DNA of 64,000 nucleotides from Candidatus Poribacteria bacterium (GCA_022826805.1 JAJDUH010000062.1:66060-130059), one strand, 5' to 3'. Counted from the first letter of the stretch, positions 26,194 to 36,788 are shown. Numbers and translations are program-made. The notes: generated by a model from the letters alone, not told the origin.

Positions 26194-28701
26194 ATGTCTC
26201 TAAAAAAAATTGCCCACAAAAGAGGTGTTCCCACACTTATCCTCACATTTTGCATCGTGATGTTCGCTGCGCCAGCGAGAAGTAATGAAATCCCAATTGC
26301 GGTATCTGGAAAACCGAGGGCGACCCTTCAAATTGGTGCAAATGCCTCGGCACAGGAAGTATTCGCCGCCGAGGAAATTCAAACTTTTATCCAACAATTC
26401 ACAGGCGCAAAACTCGACATTCGCACCAATCGCCAGCAGACAGAAACCACAGCGGTGATTGTGTTGGGCACTCCAAAATCAAATCCGACAATTACAGGAC
26501 TACAAGCAGACACAGGACTCTTATTGGGAAAAGAGCTTGGAGACGAAGGCTATCGTATCAAAACCATAGAGGTTGGTACTGAAATCGTCATTGTTGTGGC
26601 TGCACACACTGGAAGAGGCGTTATCTACGGTGCGTATGGCTTCATCGAAAACTGTATTACAGCATTGACCGGCTTGACCCCGGTCCATCCTGAGGTGGCG
26701 GTTGCCAAAGCGCAAGCACTTCTTGTACCGTTTATGGACGAAACATCGGTTCCATTTTATCCCGTGCGCGCCGTGTTAGAAATAGAGGATCCGAATTGGC
26801 TGGCGCGTCATCGTGTTAATATGAGCGGCGGCGAGGGTGTGTGGACTGGTACCGGTATTGAAGACGGTCTCGGAACAGCGTTCAAATATGTTGACGCACC
26901 GGCATTTGAAGCATTGCAAGATGAACCGATAGAGCAGCGTCGAGAACGGATTGCGACACTACGAAATCGGTTTAATGCGCTCAAACGGCGCGGGATCGAC
27001 GCGTATCTTTTCATGTACGTGACGGGCGAACCGACAGAGGCGTTGATCCAACAACGTCCTGATGTTTTGGGACCGGCGGTGTTATACGGTGCGTCTCGGA
27101 ACGAAGTGTCTTATCGTCCGTTCTGCTGGTCGAAACCTGAATTTCACACACTTGTAAGGGAGTTAATTCAGGCGATTTTACGAACCTATCCAGCGCTTGG
27201 AGGGTTTCATCTCCGTTCTTGGGGACACGAAACACGTGCCTGCGACTGTCCTGACTGTGGAGACAGAACAGAGCAAGGACAGGCAAAATTGTGGCAGGTC
27301 TATTTCACGATTATCAACGCCGCACGAGAAATACGTCCAAACTTCAAATTCTATATTTCTGGCTACGATAGCAGTTGGCTCAAAGACGCAGCAGGTATTT
27401 ATGCACGGCAGTTACCGAAAGGGACCATTTTCTCCAGGAAGTGGGGTGCGGATGGTGAACCAGTCGCTGACGCAGGTGTACCTATTCCGCAAATCAGAGC
27501 ACTGGGTGAAATGGGGCATCGTTTTATAATCCTCTCACATGAGGTGGAAGAGGTGATGCCGTTCTGGATGTTGGAGAGCGATCTGTTCGTGCAAGGTGTT
27601 CGGCAACTCGCTAATAATCCTGAAGTCGTTGGTCTAAGTGGATTTACGATTCAAGGGGCGACACAGGGATTAGGATACCTTGATCGGCTGGCGAGTGCCC
27701 GTATCAATTGGGATATTGAACTCGACCATTTTCAACTCATCCAAAATGAATTAATAGCCCGATACGGCAGTAAAGCGGCACCACATATTCTGAATGCCTT
27801 ACGGGTAAACGGATGGAACATGGCGAGTTATTTTTCAGATTACGCCGGATCTTTGACTGTTGGCGGCACATACGGCAGCGGTTCAGCGGGACTCGCAACT
27901 CGATTTTGGACGATGATTGGACCGCGGGCGGTCAAGGATACGTTGGCAATCCCTGAGTTGGAGATCGCGAAAGTTGCGGTGAATCGGTTCACTGCACTTT
28001 TGGCACCGCAACAACAAGCCACAAACGAGCTACGCGATGCAAGCGAGATTGCAGAACCTTTTGATTCAGAAGCTGCCGAGGATTTGCGCGACGCCGTTCA
28101 TTTGATGGAATTGTGGATGCTGCTTTTTGAGAGTCGGGCTAAATTGGTAGAAGCGATTGTACTCGGCTACGAACCAGGAACCGAAGAGGCAGTCCGTGCG
28201 AAACTGACGAGTGCTATAGAGTTCTCAAAGTCTATACAATTGCATATAAAAGGGATTGAGGAGTTTGTTCCGCTTTTTGGATACTCGCATCGGACGATTG
28301 AAGCAGAATTGCTAAGCACTCTAAATGCAGAAGTCGCTTGGTTGACGAGTTTCGATTATCAGACACTCCAGAAACACGATGCGGACTTCTCACCGGAGGA
28401 AACACCTTTCCAAATATGGGACGTTCACAACTATCCGAACCCCTTAAAACGCGAAACTACATTTACCTATCAGTTATCACTGGATGCAGACGAGACTTCT
28501 ATCACAATTTACACGACATCAGGACGGGTGGTACAAGTCCTGAAAGAGATTTCTGGAAACGAAGGCTACAATGAGGTTATGTGGGATGCCCGAGATGCTG
28601 ACGGCGTGTTGCTCGCAAACGGGGTTTATTTTTATAGAATACGCGCTGTCGCTGGAGAACGGACAACACAGACCCTGGGACGCTTAGCTGTGTTAAGATA
28701 A
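26194..28701 (+). CDS. Secreted large protein (glycoside-hydrolase-accessory-like N-terminus) with FlgD-Ig/T9SS-type C-terminal beta-sandwich
   Basis: Signal peptide (LILTFCIVMFAAPARS). C-terminus NYPNPLKRETTFTY...WDARDADGVLLANGVYFYRIRA...LAVLR. The central region was not assigned. Confidence 0.6.
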   Translation: MSLKKIAHKRGVPTLILTFCIVMFAAPARSNEIPIAVSGKPRATLQIGANASAQEVFAAEEIQTFIQQFTGAKLDIRTNRQQTETTAVIVLGTPKSNPTITGLQADTGLLLGKELGDEGYRIKTIEVGTEIVIVVAAHTGRGVIYGAYGFIENCITALTGLTPVHPEVAVAKAQALLVPFMDETSVPFYPVRAVLEIEDPNWLARHRVNMSGGEGVWTGTGIEDGLGTAFKYVDAPAFEALQDEPIEQRRERIATLRNRFNALKRRGIDAYLFMYVTGEPTEALIQQRPDVLGPAVLYGASRNEVSYRPFCWSKPEFHTLVRELIQAILRTYPALGGFHLRSWGHETRACDCPDCGDRTEQGQAKLWQVYFTIINAAREIRPNFKFYISGYDSSWLKDAAGIYARQLPKGTIFSRKWGADGEPVADAGVPIPQIRALGEMGHRFIILSHEVEEVMPFWMLESDLFVQGVRQLANNPEVVGLSGFTIQGATQGLGYLDRLASARINWDIELDHFQLIQNELIARYGSKAAPHILNALRVNGWNMASYFSDYAGSLTVGGTYGSGSAGLATRFWTMIGPRAVKDTLAIPELEIAKVAVNRFTALLAPQQQATNELRDASEIAEPFDSEAAEDLRDAVHLMELWMLLFESRAKLVEAIVLGYEPGTEEAVRAKLTSAIEFSKSIQLHIKGIEEFVPLFGYSHRTIEAELLSTLNAEVAWLTSFDYQTLQKHDADFSPEETPFQIWDVHNYPNPLKRETTFTYQLSLDADETSITIYTTSGRVVQVLKEISGNEGYNEVMWDARDADGVLLANGVYFYRIRAVAGERTTQTLGRLAVLR

Positions 28702-28718
28702 CCCAAGTTGCCCTGAAT

Positions 28719-29621
28719 TTACTCCCATCTTGCCCACACGTTTGGCGTAACGTACCCTTCGTCGATATAGGGGTCTTCGCCTGCGACGGTAACAACGCCA
28801 CGGTAATTCCGTTGTCCCTTCCAACCCAACCAGGAGGCTGTCGAACAGTAATGACTCACAAGTATACGCCGGAATTTATCACTACGGTTTTTCTTGGAAC
28901 GGTGTAGAAGGTAACCGTTAAAAAAGAGAGCACTACCGGCTGACATCTCAATTGGGATTTCGTCTCTGTCATCAAACCCGACAGCTTCGTGGCAGCTATC
29001 AAATTCGTGACGTTTGTCATGAGGTACTCGGTCATAGATGACGCCAGAACGATGGCTATTCGGCAGAACCCAGAGACATCCGTTGTCAACAGTGGCATCG
29101 TCTAATGTAATCCACACGCCAATAAGCGATCTATCCCGCGTCGGAATTGGGTGCTCATCCTGATGCCACGGATTACCCGTATGTCCCGGCACTTTGCCTA
29201 ACATCATCGACTGCATACACTTCACACCACCATCCCAAAATGGAATGTGTGCGCCCACAATCTCTCGAAGTACTTCACAGATTTTTGGATGTTCGATGTA
29301 ACGTCGCACCAATGGACTAAAGACGTGTGGTTCACCGACACACATGATTCTATCCAATACTTCCATTTCGCTCGCTGTCTCTGGCATCGGTGGAATTGCT
29401 TCATACTGGTAGTCCCCACGGAAGATTTTTACCATCTCTGCTTTTAGGGCGGCGCATTCCTCCCCTGTGATGATATCTGGAAGCAGTAAATACCCATCGC
29501 TGATATAAGACTTTGCCCAAATGCTGCCCTCACAGGCAGCATTTGTCTTAACTTTATATTTGGATCTGGGAATAGACCCATTTGGGTCAGTATGGGGTTG
29601 ATTAGACTGTTCTTGGGTCAT
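28719..29621 (-). CDS. PhyH family Fe(II)/2-OG dioxygenase, third and more distant copy
   Basis: 300 aa. GYLLLPDIITGEEC, WHQDEH metal motif, late LLHRS. Confidence 0.7.
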   Translation of the reverse strand: MTQEQSNQPHTDPNGSIPRSKYKVKTNAACEGSIWAKSYISDGYLLLPDIITGEECAALKAEMVKIFRGDYQYEAIPPMPETASEMEVLDRIMCVGEPHVFSPLVRRYIEHPKICEVLREIVGAHIPFWDGGVKCMQSMMLGKVPGHTGNPWHQDEHPIPTRDRSLIGVWITLDDATVDNGCLWVLPNSHRSGVIYDRVPHDKRHEFDSCHEAVGFDDRDEIPIEMSAGSALFFNGYLLHRSKKNRSDKFRRILVSHYCSTASWLGWKGQRNYRGVVTVAGEDPYIDEGYVTPNVWARWE

Positions 29622-29667
29622 TTTTGAGTCCTTCGCAAGTACGGTTCAAGTTTCGGATTCCGCGCCC

Positions 29668-30789
29668 TTATTCTGCTCTTATAATCCGCCACGTTTCCGC
29701 TTCATTCGCGAAAACCAGTGTCAATTTGCCCGATGTTTGTTCAACTTTCCCGTTCTCTATCGGGCTGTATTGTAGTGTGTATCCGCCCGTTACAATCGCT
29801 GTATCGTCAGCGATATTGGGATGGATGTCAATGTTAGTCAGGGTCATATCAATCTGATGATAGACCTCAAAAAAGCGTGCTGCCTTTGATTCAACATCTT
29901 GGTATGTGCGTCCATTAGATAAATACGTTTTTGAGAAACAGGACATAACTTGCGTCAGATTTGCCATATCATATCCGAGTTCGTATTGATTTAAGACGCT
30001 CTCAATGATTTCCTTAATCGTCGGTTCGTGTTGCGCTTTGCCTTCCTGTGTTTCTGTCAGAACGACCTGTGTCACTGATGCTGGTGGCATGCCTTGTGCA
30101 ATCTGCTTAAGCGTGTGCACCTCTGGCGCTGCATAGCCCCAAACCTCTAATTCCATCACCCGTGCAATGCCTTCTACTTCATATACTGGTCGGCTACCCG
30201 CCATATGCTGGTAGTTACGCACTGTGTCATTTGAAGATACTGGTACGAGCCGTATTTTGCTGGCAATTAAACGGTCTCGGATTTCATGAACTCGTTTACC
30301 TTTGGTGTTGTTCCGCGCTGTGTACTGCTTATCTTTCGTGTCACCTGATGGAACAAGTTCCCAACCCGTGCCGTGCCAATACTCAATTCGATAGTCCTTC
30401 AATCCGAACTGTTGTGCTGGATGTTTTTCAGAGTCAATTGTCCACATGACAATCTCTCGGATGTCAACCGGTTTAGCAAGTGTCACAGATACGTAAGGAC
30501 GTTTGTTCAGATCGGAGGTGCGTAAGTGTTCCAAACTACTTCCCCAACCACTGCCTTCATCCCAAGTCTCGGAGGTGGTATCACCATCGATTACCTCCTC
30601 GGCGCGGTGATTTGGGACAGATTGCGAGGCTTCCGCAGTCGCCCCGTTCCGGATCAGTGCGAAATTAGTGAGAGGCAATGGCGGTTCTAAAAGATGTTCC
30701 TGCAGCGTTTGCGACTTACAACCTATCACTGCAAGTAAAAGTGTCAGGCATACCATCCATATACGAAGCATTTTTACTCTCCTTTGCAC
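29668..30789 (-). CDS. Lipoprotein with discoidin (F5/8 type C)-like domain and C-terminal SnoaL/DUF4440-like domain
   Basis: Lipobox LLAVIGC. NGATAEAS....VIDGD..T.W-type discoidin start. NTF2-like C-terminal ~120 aa. Confidence 0.55.
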   Translation of the reverse strand: MQRRVKMLRIWMVCLTLLLAVIGCKSQTLQEHLLEPPLPLTNFALIRNGATAEASQSVPNHRAEEVIDGDTTSETWDEGSGWGSSLEHLRTSDLNKRPYVSVTLAKPVDIREIVMWTIDSEKHPAQQFGLKDYRIEYWHGTGWELVPSGDTKDKQYTARNNTKGKRVHEIRDRLIASKIRLVPVSSNDTVRNYQHMAGSRPVYEVEGIARVMELEVWGYAAPEVHTLKQIAQGMPPASVTQVVLTETQEGKAQHEPTIKEIIESVLNQYELGYDMANLTQVMSCFSKTYLSNGRTYQDVESKAARFFEVYHQIDMTLTNIDIHPNIADDTAIVTGGYTLQYSPIENGKVEQTSGKLTLVFANEAETWRIIRAE

Positions 30790-30876
30790 TTGATATACTC
30801 CTAAGCCCAGAGGCGTTGGGAGTATTTTATTACCGTATCTCTATTCAACCATTATTAGCAATGGTAGTGAAGATTA

Positions 30877-33654
30877 CTACTTCAAAATTACCATGCGACG
30901 TGTCCGTTGGAAGTCGCCAGCAGTGAATGTATAGAAGTAGATACCGCTTGCGACAATTTCTCCGGATTCATCTCTGCCATCCCAGTATGCGGCTTTTTCC
31001 CGATCGCGATAGCTGCCGGGTTGTTGTAACCCGATATCCAACTGGCGTACCAGTCCACCCTGGATATCATAGATTTTCACAACGACTTCCGTCGGTTCCG
31101 CCAGATTATAGGGGAACCAGGTTTCGGGATTAAACGGATTCGGATAATTTTGGAAGATTGTTGTCTGTTTAATATGCCCGAGGGTAGTGAGGTTCTTCGA
31201 TGCCGGGTCAACAGAGAAAGGGACATCGGCGGCGCGAAATCCGAGATCAATTGGATTATAGATAAAAGCCGAGCCTGAGTTCGCCCCTGCACTATCGCTG
31301 CCTGAAGCACCGACGATAGCAAATGAGCCTTTGATTGCGACGGATGCCCCAAATAGGTCAGATCGGTTCGTGTCGGAAGCAGAAATTCGACGTTTCTCGA
31401 CCCAAGATAATCCATCACGTAAGAAGGAATAGGCTGAACCTTTGTCAATTTCCAATGTTGGATCTGCCCCGCTATCAACGAGTGGATGATTGTCTTTCCA
31501 TGCGCCGACGATTGCGGTATCTTCATAGAGTGCGACAGAAATGCCGAATTCGTCTCCAGCCTCGCCATCAGTTGCAGTAAGTTTGGCTTGTTGTGCCCAA
31601 GCATCTCGTGTTTCTACGAAGACATAAGCAGCCCCCATGTCCTCCTGATTTCGATTCTCCTTGGGTGATCCGATAATAGCGGCACCTTCGACCAGATCAA
31701 CGGCGTAACCGAATTCATCACCAATACTGATATCACTTGGAATAAACTGACGGTCTTGGCGCCATGCGCCTCCGTTGCGGATAAAGAGGTAGGCTATACC
31801 TGAATCTGGTCCTGCTGCATCACTCCGGGGTGCTCCGATGAGAGCGTTATCGCCATAGACAGCAACGGCAAATCCAAAATGATCTCCGGGTACAGCATTA
31901 CGATGTGTTAGTTTCGCCTGTTGTGTCCAAGTGGCACCGTTTCGGACAAAGACATAAGCGGCACCGGAATCCGTGCTGAGTTCATCTTTCCCGTAGGCAC
32001 CGACTACAGCGGTATTCTCGTGTATTGCCAGGGTTGATCCGAACCGATCAAAGATTTCGAGATCAGCCCCAATTAATTTTGCCTGTTGAATCCATTCCTC
32101 GCCTGCCTTCACGAAAATATACGCTGCACCGGCTTCTGGCCCAGCATCATCAACACCAGGGGCACCAATCAAGATTGTGTCACCACTGATAGCAACAGCA
32201 TTTCCGAACAGATCTCCAGCCTTTCCGTCGTCAGCGATGAGTTTTCCGCGCTGTAGCCAGAGAACACCGCCTCGCTCAAAAATATATGCAGCACCAGCAT
32301 TGGGTGCGACGTCATCGGCTTGCTGGGCTCCAGCGATAGCAATATTGCCGCTGATAGCGACAGCGGTTCCAAACTGATCTTCAGAAGCGGTTTCTCCGTC
32401 ACTCAATTTACCACTTTCTACCCACTTTGCTTCTTCATTTCGTTCAAAAATATAAGCAGCACCGGAAGCTCTTCCACCTGCGTTGTGCGTCGGAGCACCC
32501 GCTATAATTTCATCGCCACTAATGGCGACAGCAAATCCGAGTTGATCACCGCTCTGTCTATCGCCTGCGGCTAATTTTGTGTGTTGATTCCAAAAGGGAG
32601 GTTCATTCTGCGTAAAGACATACGCTGCACCGCTCTCTTTGTCCCCGATTACGCCTCCTGTTGCGCCGATGACTGCGGTATCTCCACTGATAGTGACAGA
32701 AACACCGAAAGAAGTTGCACCATCTGGGTCAATCGGAATCATACGGATCCGGACGCGATTTCTTTTTTGTTCCCATTCAGTGCCTTCGCGTCTATAGATG
32801 TAAGCCGCACCAATGCCTCTGTTGCGAGGTGATGTGACAATAGCGAAATCACCGTCAATATCGACTGCGTAACCAAACCTATCTTCCGCCTCGGTATTAT
32901 TACCCAAGAGTTTCGCTTGAGGGACCCATCCGAATTCGTTCTTCACGAAAACATAGGCGGCACCAGCATTTTCACCGGCTTCACCATCTCGAATTGCACC
33001 AACGATTGCAGTATTCGCATCAAGTCCAACAGAAAAACCGAAGTATGCGAAGTGGTCGCCATCTGGTGCTAAAAGTTTGGCTGTCTGGTTCCAGATTTCC
33101 CCGTTCCGCTCAAAGACGTAAACGGCGCCTCCGTCAGCGAAGGGTTCATTTGCACGATGGGCTCCAACGAGGGCGGTTCTTTCATCAAGTGCTACTGAGA
33201 TGCCGAAATAGTCGCCACGCATCTCATCAGATGCGACGAGTTTGGCTTGCTCGACCCATTCAGTGCCGCGTCGCTCAAAGACGTACGCTGCACCTGAGTT
33301 CCTTCCGGCACCTTCTTTCTTGGGTGCACCAATGAGGACATAATTGCCGCTCATTGAGAGTGCTGCTCCGAATCGCTCTCCACTTGCAGCGTCGCTGGCG
33401 TTCAGTTTTTGATGTTGCATCCAACCGGCTTCAGTGCGAATAAAAACTTGGACTGAGCCAACATCTCTGCCGTGATCAGTATCATCTTTCGGAACACCTA
33501 CCATAGCGTAATCGCCACCTATAGCAACAGTCGAACCGAGATTGTCTTGGATGACAGCAGCGCTCGTATTGAGTTGTACTCGGTCGGCACTGCTTTGCAT
33601 GACCGGCCCGATTCCTAAAAATAAAATTAGGACGACTATTTGTAATTTTCTCAC
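30877..33654 (-). CDS. Secreted FG-GAP repeat protein (about 14 blades) with the same C-terminal sorting-type domain
   Basis: Signal peptide. 14 units of the form FG.AVAISGD.A.IGAP..D....(N/D)(S/A)GAAY(V/I)F.R. C-terminus QNYPNPFNPETWFPY...WDGRDESGEIVASGIYFY...MVILK. Confidence 0.85.
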   Translation of the reverse strand: MRKLQIVVLILFLGIGPVMQSSADRVQLNTSAAVIQDNLGSTVAIGGDYAMVGVPKDDTDHGRDVGSVQVFIRTEAGWMQHQKLNASDAASGERFGAALSMSGNYVLIGAPKKEGAGRNSGAAYVFERRGTEWVEQAKLVASDEMRGDYFGISVALDERTALVGAHRANEPFADGGAVYVFERNGEIWNQTAKLLAPDGDHFAYFGFSVGLDANTAIVGAIRDGEAGENAGAAYVFVKNEFGWVPQAKLLGNNTEAEDRFGYAVDIDGDFAIVTSPRNRGIGAAYIYRREGTEWEQKRNRVRIRMIPIDPDGATSFGVSVTISGDTAVIGATGGVIGDKESGAAYVFTQNEPPFWNQHTKLAAGDRQSGDQLGFAVAISGDEIIAGAPTHNAGGRASGAAYIFERNEEAKWVESGKLSDGETASEDQFGTAVAISGNIAIAGAQQADDVAPNAGAAYIFERGGVLWLQRGKLIADDGKAGDLFGNAVAISGDTILIGAPGVDDAGPEAGAAYIFVKAGEEWIQQAKLIGADLEIFDRFGSTLAIHENTAVVGAYGKDELSTDSGAAYVFVRNGATWTQQAKLTHRNAVPGDHFGFAVAVYGDNALIGAPRSDAAGPDSGIAYLFIRNGGAWRQDRQFIPSDISIGDEFGYAVDLVEGAAIIGSPKENRNQEDMGAAYVFVETRDAWAQQAKLTATDGEAGDEFGISVALYEDTAIVGAWKDNHPLVDSGADPTLEIDKGSAYSFLRDGLSWVEKRRISASDTNRSDLFGASVAIKGSFAIVGASGSDSAGANSGSAFIYNPIDLGFRAADVPFSVDPASKNLTTLGHIKQTTIFQNYPNPFNPETWFPYNLAEPTEVVVKIYDIQGGLVRQLDIGLQQPGSYRDREKAAYWDGRDESGEIVASGIYFYTFTAGDFQRTRRMVILK

Positions 33655-33903
33655 TTCACCCTCCCTCGCTATTTGACATTACCTAAGTTCCCCGAAACCG
33701 AAAGGAATGATTCATTTTGCTTCGAAGATTTTCTTTTGTTTTCTCCACTGTTTATTAATATAGATTTCAATTATTAATGACACAATTTATAGGCGAAAAA
33801 GGTGCATTATTTTGAAAATTATAGAAATCTAAAAATTTGATCCTTAAATCGGAGGCGATTCCATATCTGCAGTTTCTCAATATCTTCTCACTCTCGTTCC
33901 GCC

Positions 33904-34524
33904 TCATTCGGACACATTGAGCCTACAGATTGTCTTTACAGCATCATCACCGTACCACAATGCCGTGCCATCCCAAGTGAGCCCGTGCGGTTCACCAGGG
34001 CATGAAAGGCTCCTAAGAACCTCACCAGATTCCGGGTGGATTCGGTAAATGATATGGTCATTTGTATCAGCATTCCAAAGTGCCTCTCCATCCCAAGCGA
34101 GTCCGTGTGCGCGACCGCCCGGGGTCGGAAATTCAGCCAAGATTTCGCCTGTTTCGGGACACTGTTTCACTAAACGACTGGTGTTCATATCAACGCTCCA
34201 GAGATGTTCACCATCCCATGCCAATCCGTGCGGTCCCTCTCCGGGCGATGGGAAAGTCGTAATGATATCGAGTTCAGGAATTGTGAGTTTGTAAAAAGTC
34301 TGTTGCCAGATGCTGTTATACCAGAGATGCTCACCATCCGACTCTATACCAGAGGAACCTGGGAAAGACGGCGAGAGCGTTAATTCAACTGCCCCAGTCT
34401 GAGGATTGATTTTGTGGATAGGACCCGGACCCTCAACACTCCAGATTGATGTTCCCTGCCATGCAAGCCCATTTGTGCCGGTACCGGGAGCTGCTATCTG
34501 ATGTTCAGCTGCTATTTCACGCAT
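33904..34524 (-). CDS. Small beta-propeller repeat protein (glutamine-cyclotransferase-like repeats)
   Basis: 206 aa with about five units of the type PHGLAWDGE.LW..D.....I.......GE.L. No signal peptide seen. Confidence 0.5.
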   Translation of the reverse strand: MREIAAEHQIAAPGTGTNGLAWQGTSIWSVEGPGPIHKINPQTGAVELTLSPSFPGSSGIESDGEHLWYNSIWQQTFYKLTIPELDIITTFPSPGEGPHGLAWDGEHLWSVDMNTSRLVKQCPETGEILAEFPTPGGRAHGLAWDGEALWNADTNDHIIYRIHPESGEVLRSLSCPGEPHGLTWDGTALWYGDDAVKTICRLNVSE

Positions 34525-34546
34525 TTTTCTCGTTCCTCCCTGATGA

Positions 34547-35677
34547 TCACTCTATCTCTAAGAGCGCGTCCTGAATTTCAGTAATAACCTCTGGCTCAGT
34601 CTCAACGGTTAATCGCGTCTGTAATGTTTGTCTGGCAGTTTCGCCGCCAATTCTCCCCAATGCCCATGCAGCATGACTCCGTATCAAAGGCTCTTCATCC
34701 GCTAATGCGCCTTTGAGTGCGGGAACAGCACGCTTCTCTCCCCAATTACCGATGGCAACAAGGACATTTCGTAAGAACCCTCGGCGTTTCGCACGTTTGA
34801 TCGGACTTCCCTTGAACCGCTTGCTAAACTCCTGCTGTGTCATGCCGATAAGCGATAATAACTTCGGCGCAAGATTTCCATCGCGTGGGTGGAATCCTGG
34901 CTCAGTTGTCGGTACGGCTTTGCTGTTCCAGGGGCAGACCTCTTGGCAGATGTCGCACCCAAAAATCAGGTTTCCCATTTTAGGACGTAGTTGCTTTGGA
35001 ATACTCCCCTTGAGTTCAATCGTGAGATACGAAATACAGAGCCGGGAATCGAGGAGGTTTGGCTCAATGATTGCATCCGTCGGACATTCTTCAATGCAGC
35101 GGGTGCAAGTCCCGCAACTCCCCCGGAGTGGTGGTGTCTCTGATTCCAAAACGATATTCACAAGAATCTCGGAGAGGAAATACCAAGAACCGGAACGCCA
35201 ATGAATCAAGTTCGTATTTTTGCCGATCCAGCCGATACCTGCTTTTTGCGCATATTCCCTTTCGATAACAGGAGCGGTATCGACACAGACACGGGTCTTT
35301 AATTCGCTTTCAGCAGTATACTTAATAAATTCGACGAGTTCTAAAAGTCGTCCACGGATAAGTTCGTGATAGTCATCACCCCAAGCATAGCGAGAAATCT
35401 GTCCGCGTCCTGAGTCCTCGGCGAGTGCCTTCGGTGGATCCAAGGTATAATAGTTCATTGCGAGGCTAATAACAGATTTTGCCTCTGTGAGCAGTTGCCG
35501 AACATCTGCTTTGAGAGGAAGATGCTTTTCGAGATAGTGCATCTTCCCAGCGTACCCACTTTCTATCCACTGCCGGTATCGAGCGATCGTTTCGCTGTGT
35601 GCTGCGGATGTAATTCCGACGAGTTCAAATCCGAGTTCGCTTGCGCGTGCTTGAATTTGTTGCGTTAGTGTAAGCAT
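34547..35677 (-). CDS. queG: Epoxyqueuosine reductase QueG
   Basis: Two 4Fe-4S motifs (CGTCTRCIEECPTDAI, CDICQEVCPWN) and a HEAT-like C-terminus. Start set at MLTLTQQ (ATG in a TAATG overlap with the pheA stop) rather than the track's 35725. Confidence 0.9.
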   Translation of the reverse strand: MLTLTQQIQARASELGFELVGITSAAHSETIARYRQWIESGYAGKMHYLEKHLPLKADVRQLLTEAKSVISLAMNYYTLDPPKALAEDSGRGQISRYAWGDDYHELIRGRLLELVEFIKYTAESELKTRVCVDTAPVIEREYAQKAGIGWIGKNTNLIHWRSGSWYFLSEILVNIVLESETPPLRGSCGTCTRCIEECPTDAIIEPNLLDSRLCISYLTIELKGSIPKQLRPKMGNLIFGCDICQEVCPWNSKAVPTTEPGFHPRDGNLAPKLLSLIGMTQQEFSKRFKGSPIKRAKRRGFLRNVLVAIGNWGEKRAVPALKGALADEEPLIRSHAAWALGRIGGETARQTLQTRLTVETEPEVITEIQDALLEIE

Positions 35678-36744
35678 TACCGGGTACCACGCGGATAAGA
35701 TCCGAGTATTTTGACCTCTCGGCACAACACCTCAAGTTTCTCAAGTGCGGCGGTGACGCTTTCGTCGGTAACATGTCCATCCATCTCAACAAAAAAGATA
35801 TACTCCCACGATTTGGCGCGAGACGGTAAAGATTCCAGATAATTCATGTTCAATCGTGCTTCTTTTAAAATTCCAAGAACTTGATGAAGCGCGCCGACCC
35901 TGTCCTGAATTGCCAAAAAGAGAGAGGTCCGGTCGTGTCCACTGGGTTCAGCAGCGTGGCTACCAATGACAAAAAAACGGGTGGTGTTATCCGGCTCATC
36001 CATAATGGCACTAGCAACAACCGGGATTTGGTAAATTTCGCTTGCGAGTTCACTTGCGATGGCAGCCGTGGACGGCTCCTGTGATGCTCGAAGTGCTGCT
36101 TCGGAGGTACTGACAACCTCGACCTGCTCTACACCATCCATATACCGACTAAGCCATCTTCTGCATTGAGCGAAAGGTTGCGGGTGTGAGTAGATACACT
36201 TAATTTCGTTAAGTGGCGACTGAGACAGTAGATGTTGTTTTACGGGCTGGAATGTCTCGGCACAAATCTTCAATGGTGTACGTTGAAAGCGCTCCAAAAC
36301 GTCCCGAACGGTGCCTTGCAGCGAATTCTCAATAGCGACCACACCGTAGTCTGTTCTACCAGATTCAACCTCCGTAAAAATGTCGATCTGCGGACTGATA
36401 GGGATCAATTCAGCCGCGGAACCAAAATGAGATAAACATGCCATGTGCCCAAAACTGCCAATAGGACCGAGGAAAGCCACACGCTCCGGTTCTTGCAAGG
36501 AACGAGAAGCAGATAAGATTTCTGTCCAGATTGCCTCCAAGGCGTTTTCAGGAAATGCCCCTCGATTTTGCGCCTTCAAGCGTTCAATGACCTCCTTGTG
36601 CCGATGTGGCACATAGACGGTGGCAGCACCTGTCTCTGCTTTTAACGCACCGACCTGTAGAGAAATTTCAGATCGCTTCCGCAGAAGCGCTAAAATCTGG
36701 TCGTCAATCTCGTTAATCTGGTCACGATACGCTGTTAAGTCCAA
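35677..36744 (-). CDS. pheA: Bifunctional chorismate mutase / prephenate dehydratase (P-protein)
   Basis: CM region (YRDQINEIDDQILALLRKR), PDT region (VAFLGPIGSFGH), ACT region (TRFFVIG, SRP motif ESLPSR). Start uncertain: TTG at 36744 has GGAGA 9 nt upstream; TTG at 36771 is the track start. Confidence 0.9.
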   Translation of the reverse strand: MDLTAYRDQINEIDDQILALLRKRSEISLQVGALKAETGAATVYVPHRHKEVIERLKAQNRGAFPENALEAIWTEILSASRSLQEPERVAFLGPIGSFGHMACLSHFGSAAELIPISPQIDIFTEVESGRTDYGVVAIENSLQGTVRDVLERFQRTPLKICAETFQPVKQHLLSQSPLNEIKCIYSHPQPFAQCRRWLSRYMDGVEQVEVVSTSEAALRASQEPSTAAIASELASEIYQIPVVASAIMDEPDNTTRFFVIGSHAAEPSGHDRTSLFLAIQDRVGALHQVLGILKEARLNMNYLESLPSRAKSWEYIFFVEMDGHVTDESVTAALEKLEVLCREVKILGSYPRGTR

Positions 36745-36767
36745 GGAAATAGGTCTCCGTGTTATTG

Positions 36768-36788
36768 GCAATCAGCAATCAGCAATCA
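36768..36788. repeat. Heptanucleotide tandem repeat (gcaatca x3) in the pheA 5' region
   Basis: Three perfect units, followed by a degenerate fourth. Confidence 0.9.

Noticed and set aside
31077-31604. 175-aa ORF and other 60-115-aa ORFs inside the FG-GAP gene (32169-33335)
   Set aside because: They overlap a well-supported 925-aa repeat protein in other frames. Repeat periodicity keeps alternative frames open.
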